This document shows, one piece after another, positions 21,526 to 24,181 of a DNA stretch of 24,181 nucleotides (its first letter is position 1; the number at the start of each line of letters is the position of its first letter). The notes under the pieces were generated by a model, which was not told the DNA's origin, did no database searches, and saw only the letters and a program-made list of their open reading frames with translations. The position numbers and the translations under genes were made by a program. Source of the DNA: Chiloscyllium plagiosum (Eukaryota); contig NC_057711.1 of NCBI RefSeq assembly GCF_004010195.1, positions 82,836,046 to 82,860,226 of the forward strand, read 5' to 3'.

Positions 21526-21589
21526 TAAAATGATTAAATTTCTTTGTACCAATTCCAGGAGATATTTTAGACTGTTTTCCATTTTTCAG

Positions 21590-21670
21590 ATTGGCTGGAT
21601 AATGCAAATGTCCATGAATACATCTCCCACAGAGTCATTGGTGGCAGCAGGCAACATTTTTGTGGGACAG
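21590..21670 (+). CDS. SLC28A3: Internal coding exon of CNT3-like transporter: IGWIMQMSMNTSPTESLVAAGNIFVGQ
   Basis: Acceptor tttttcAG at 21588-21589 and consensus donor CAG|GTGAGT at 21671. The exon is 81 nt, phase 0/0. It contains ES...GNIFVGQ, and the Gly-Gln pair is the CNT3-type state. Confidence 0.92.
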
Positions 21671-22029
21671 GTGAGTAATGCTCAAATGAATAAGTAGAGT
21701 TAATTTTGGTTAACTTGCCAATTTAAGCATTGCAAGGTCAATTTCTTCTCTACCTCCATTTGGCACCAGGCATAGAGAATGCAGTGGATTTGTGATTTAG
21801 CTACAATGACCTGAACTTCCCTTTAATTCCAGTTGAGGTCATCACTTCCCATTCTCATTCCTGGTTCAAGTTGCTCCTGAGAGGGCTTTGCATCTTAAAA
21901 TGTTGTTGGAAATACAGCCTCTGCATGAGGCCCTGTCATGGACTTGCTGGTCACTCTTCTCAAATCTGAAGTGGAGCTGTCAAAGGTTTTCTTCGTGGAT
22001 TCTTTCTTGATTATATGTTTTTGGAGATA

Positions 22030-24181
22030 AGTCTCTTGATTAAACTTAAAATATAATCCATAGCTATTAATTTAACCTGGGGCAGTTTTTGTAGAGGAAT
22101 AAGACGGTGTTATTTTCTGGGTCTGTAGACTGTGAAGGAGCAAAAATGGCCTTTGCAGTGATATGTACTTCTTGTCAGATGTGGGAGTTTAAAGAGAGTT
22201 CAAGGGTTACTGCGGATTATATCTGCCATAAATGCTGTTTGATGCAAATCTTATCAGATCGAGTGGATTGGTTGGAGAGACAGATAGAAGCGATGAGAAT
22301 TTGCAACAGCAACAGTATGTGATGGATGGCAGTTATAGGAAGTGGGGGGGAAGTCACAGATACAGTCACACAGATGGGTTAACTCCTGGAAGGGTGAGAG
22401 AGGTCGGCACCGAGTGCAGGAGTCTTTTGTGGATATACCCATTTCAAACAGATATGCTGTTTTGGAAAGTGTAGGGGGTGATGGATTCTCAGGGGAACGT
22501 AGCACGCACAGCCAAGTTGAGACTGGCTCTAATGCAACGAGGGGTACGTCGGCTTCCAAGAGATCAATTGTGTTAGGGGATTCTCTGTAGTCCGAGGTAC
22601 AGATAGACGTTTCTGTGGCCAGGAGAGAAAAAACAGAATGGTGTGTTGTTTTCCTGGTGCCAGGATCAAGGATGTCTCAGAGAGGGTGCAGAATGTTCTC
22701 ACGGAGGAGAGGGGCCAGCAGGAGGTCATTGTTCACATTGGAACCAACGACATTGGAAGGGAGAAGGTTGAGACTCTGAAGGGAGATTACAGAGAGTTAG
22801 GCAGAAATTTAAAAAGGAAGTCCTCAAGGGTAGGAATATCTGGATTACTCCTAGTGCTACGAGCTTGTGAGGGCATGAATAGGAGGATAGAGCAGATGAA
22901 TGCATGGCTGAGGAGCTGATGTATGGGAGAAGGATTCACATTTTTGGCTCATTGGAATCTCTTTTGGGGTAGAATTGACCTGTACAAGGAGGACGGATTG
23001 CACCTAAATTGGAAGGGGACTAATATACTGGCAGGGAAATTTGCTAGAACTGCTTGGGAGGATTTAAACTAGTATGGCTGGGGGGGTGGGACCCAGGGAG
23101 ATAGTGAGGAAAGAGATTGATCTGAGATGGGTACAGTTGAGAACAGAAGTGAGTCAAACAGTCAGGGCAGGCAGGGACAAGGTAGGACTCATAAATGAAA
23201 CTGCATTTATTTCAATGCAAAGGGTCTAACAGGGAAGGCAGATGAACTCAGAGCATGGTTAGGAAAATGGGACTGGGATATCATAGCAATGACAGAAACA
23301 TGGCTCAGGGATGGGCAGGACTGGCAGCTTAATGTTCCAGGATACAAATGCTACAGGAAGGATAGAAAGGGAGACAAGAGAGGAGGAAGAGTGGCATTTT
23401 TGATAAGGGATAGCATTACAGCTATGCTGAGGGACGATTTTCCCGGAAATACATCCAGGGAAGTTATTTGGGTGAAACTGAGTAATAAGAAAGGGATGAT
23501 CACCTTATTGGGATTGTATTATAGACCCCCCAATAGTCAGAGGGAAATTGAGAAACAAACTTGTAAGGAGATCTCAGCTATCTGTAAGAATAATAGGGTT
23601 GTTATGGTAGGAGATTTTATCTTTCCAAACATCGACTGGGACTGCCATAGTGTTAAAGGTTTAGATGGAGAGGAATTTCTTAAGTGTGTACAAGACAATT
23701 TTCTGATTCAGTATGTGGATGTACCGACTAGGGGAGGTACAAAACTTGACCTACTCTTGGGAAATAAGGCAGGGCAGATGACTGAGGTGTCAGTGGGGGA
23801 GCACTTTGGGGCAGTGACCATAATTCTATTCGTTTTAAAATAGTGATGGAAAAGGATAGACCAGATCTAAAAGTTGAAGTTCTAAATTGGAGAAAGGCCA
23901 ATTTTGACGGTATTAGGCAAGAACTTTCGAAAGCTGATTGGAGGCAGATGTTTGCAGGTAAAGGGATAGCTGGAAAATGGGAAGCCTTCAGAAATGAGAT
24001 AACAAGAATCCAGAGAAAGTATATTCCTGTCAGGGTGAAAGGAAATGCTGGTAGGTACAGGGAATGCTGGATGACTAAAGAAATTGAGGGTTTCGTTCAG
24101 AAAAAGAAGGAAGCATGTGACAGGTATAGGCAGGAGAGATTGAGTCAATCCTTAGAAGAGTATAAAGGAAGTAGGAGTATA
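22030..24181 (+). mobile_element. CR1 LINE 5' half: ORF1 (zinc finger/leucine zipper + GDSL/SGNH esterase, ~22146-23072, broken) and ORF2 endonuclease; continues beyond window
   Basis: ORF1 has CTSC...CHKC, LSDRVDWLERQI, IVLGDSL, CCFPGA, VHIGTND and DGLHLN. ORF2 has CIYFNAKGL, AMTETW, YYRPP, VGDF and LDLLL. Stops and frameshifts are present. The 5' boundary is uncertain. Confidence 0.93.

Overview
This is eukaryotic vertebrate DNA, most likely from a shark or other elasmobranch, inferred from HE1/V-SINE-type SINEs and HER1/CR1-type LINEs. The only host coding sequence is three short phase-0 exons on the + strand (3370-3447, 20171-20251, 21590-21670) of a concentrative nucleoside transporter gene of the SLC28A3/CNT3 type. 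The ORF track shows only the first of these, embedded in a longer ORF. Nearly everything else is intronic retroelement debris: CR1 LINEs of several ages (nested, duplicated, one with an exact 5' inversion), four antisense tRNA-derived SINEs, an old LINE that appears to begin with a tRNA-like Pol III head, and two lineages of Penelope-like elements (PLEs). The most striking structure is a set of short PLE 3'-end insertions carrying minimal hammerhead-ribozyme motifs. Two of them are spacer-less fold-back palindromes: a perfect 436-bp one at 7568-8003, and an older 194-bp one at 18993-19186 with a target-site duplication (TSD). No intact autonomous element and no novel protein-coding system is supported. 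Family names come from recognising motifs by eye, not from database searches, and the boundaries of old repeats are approximate.
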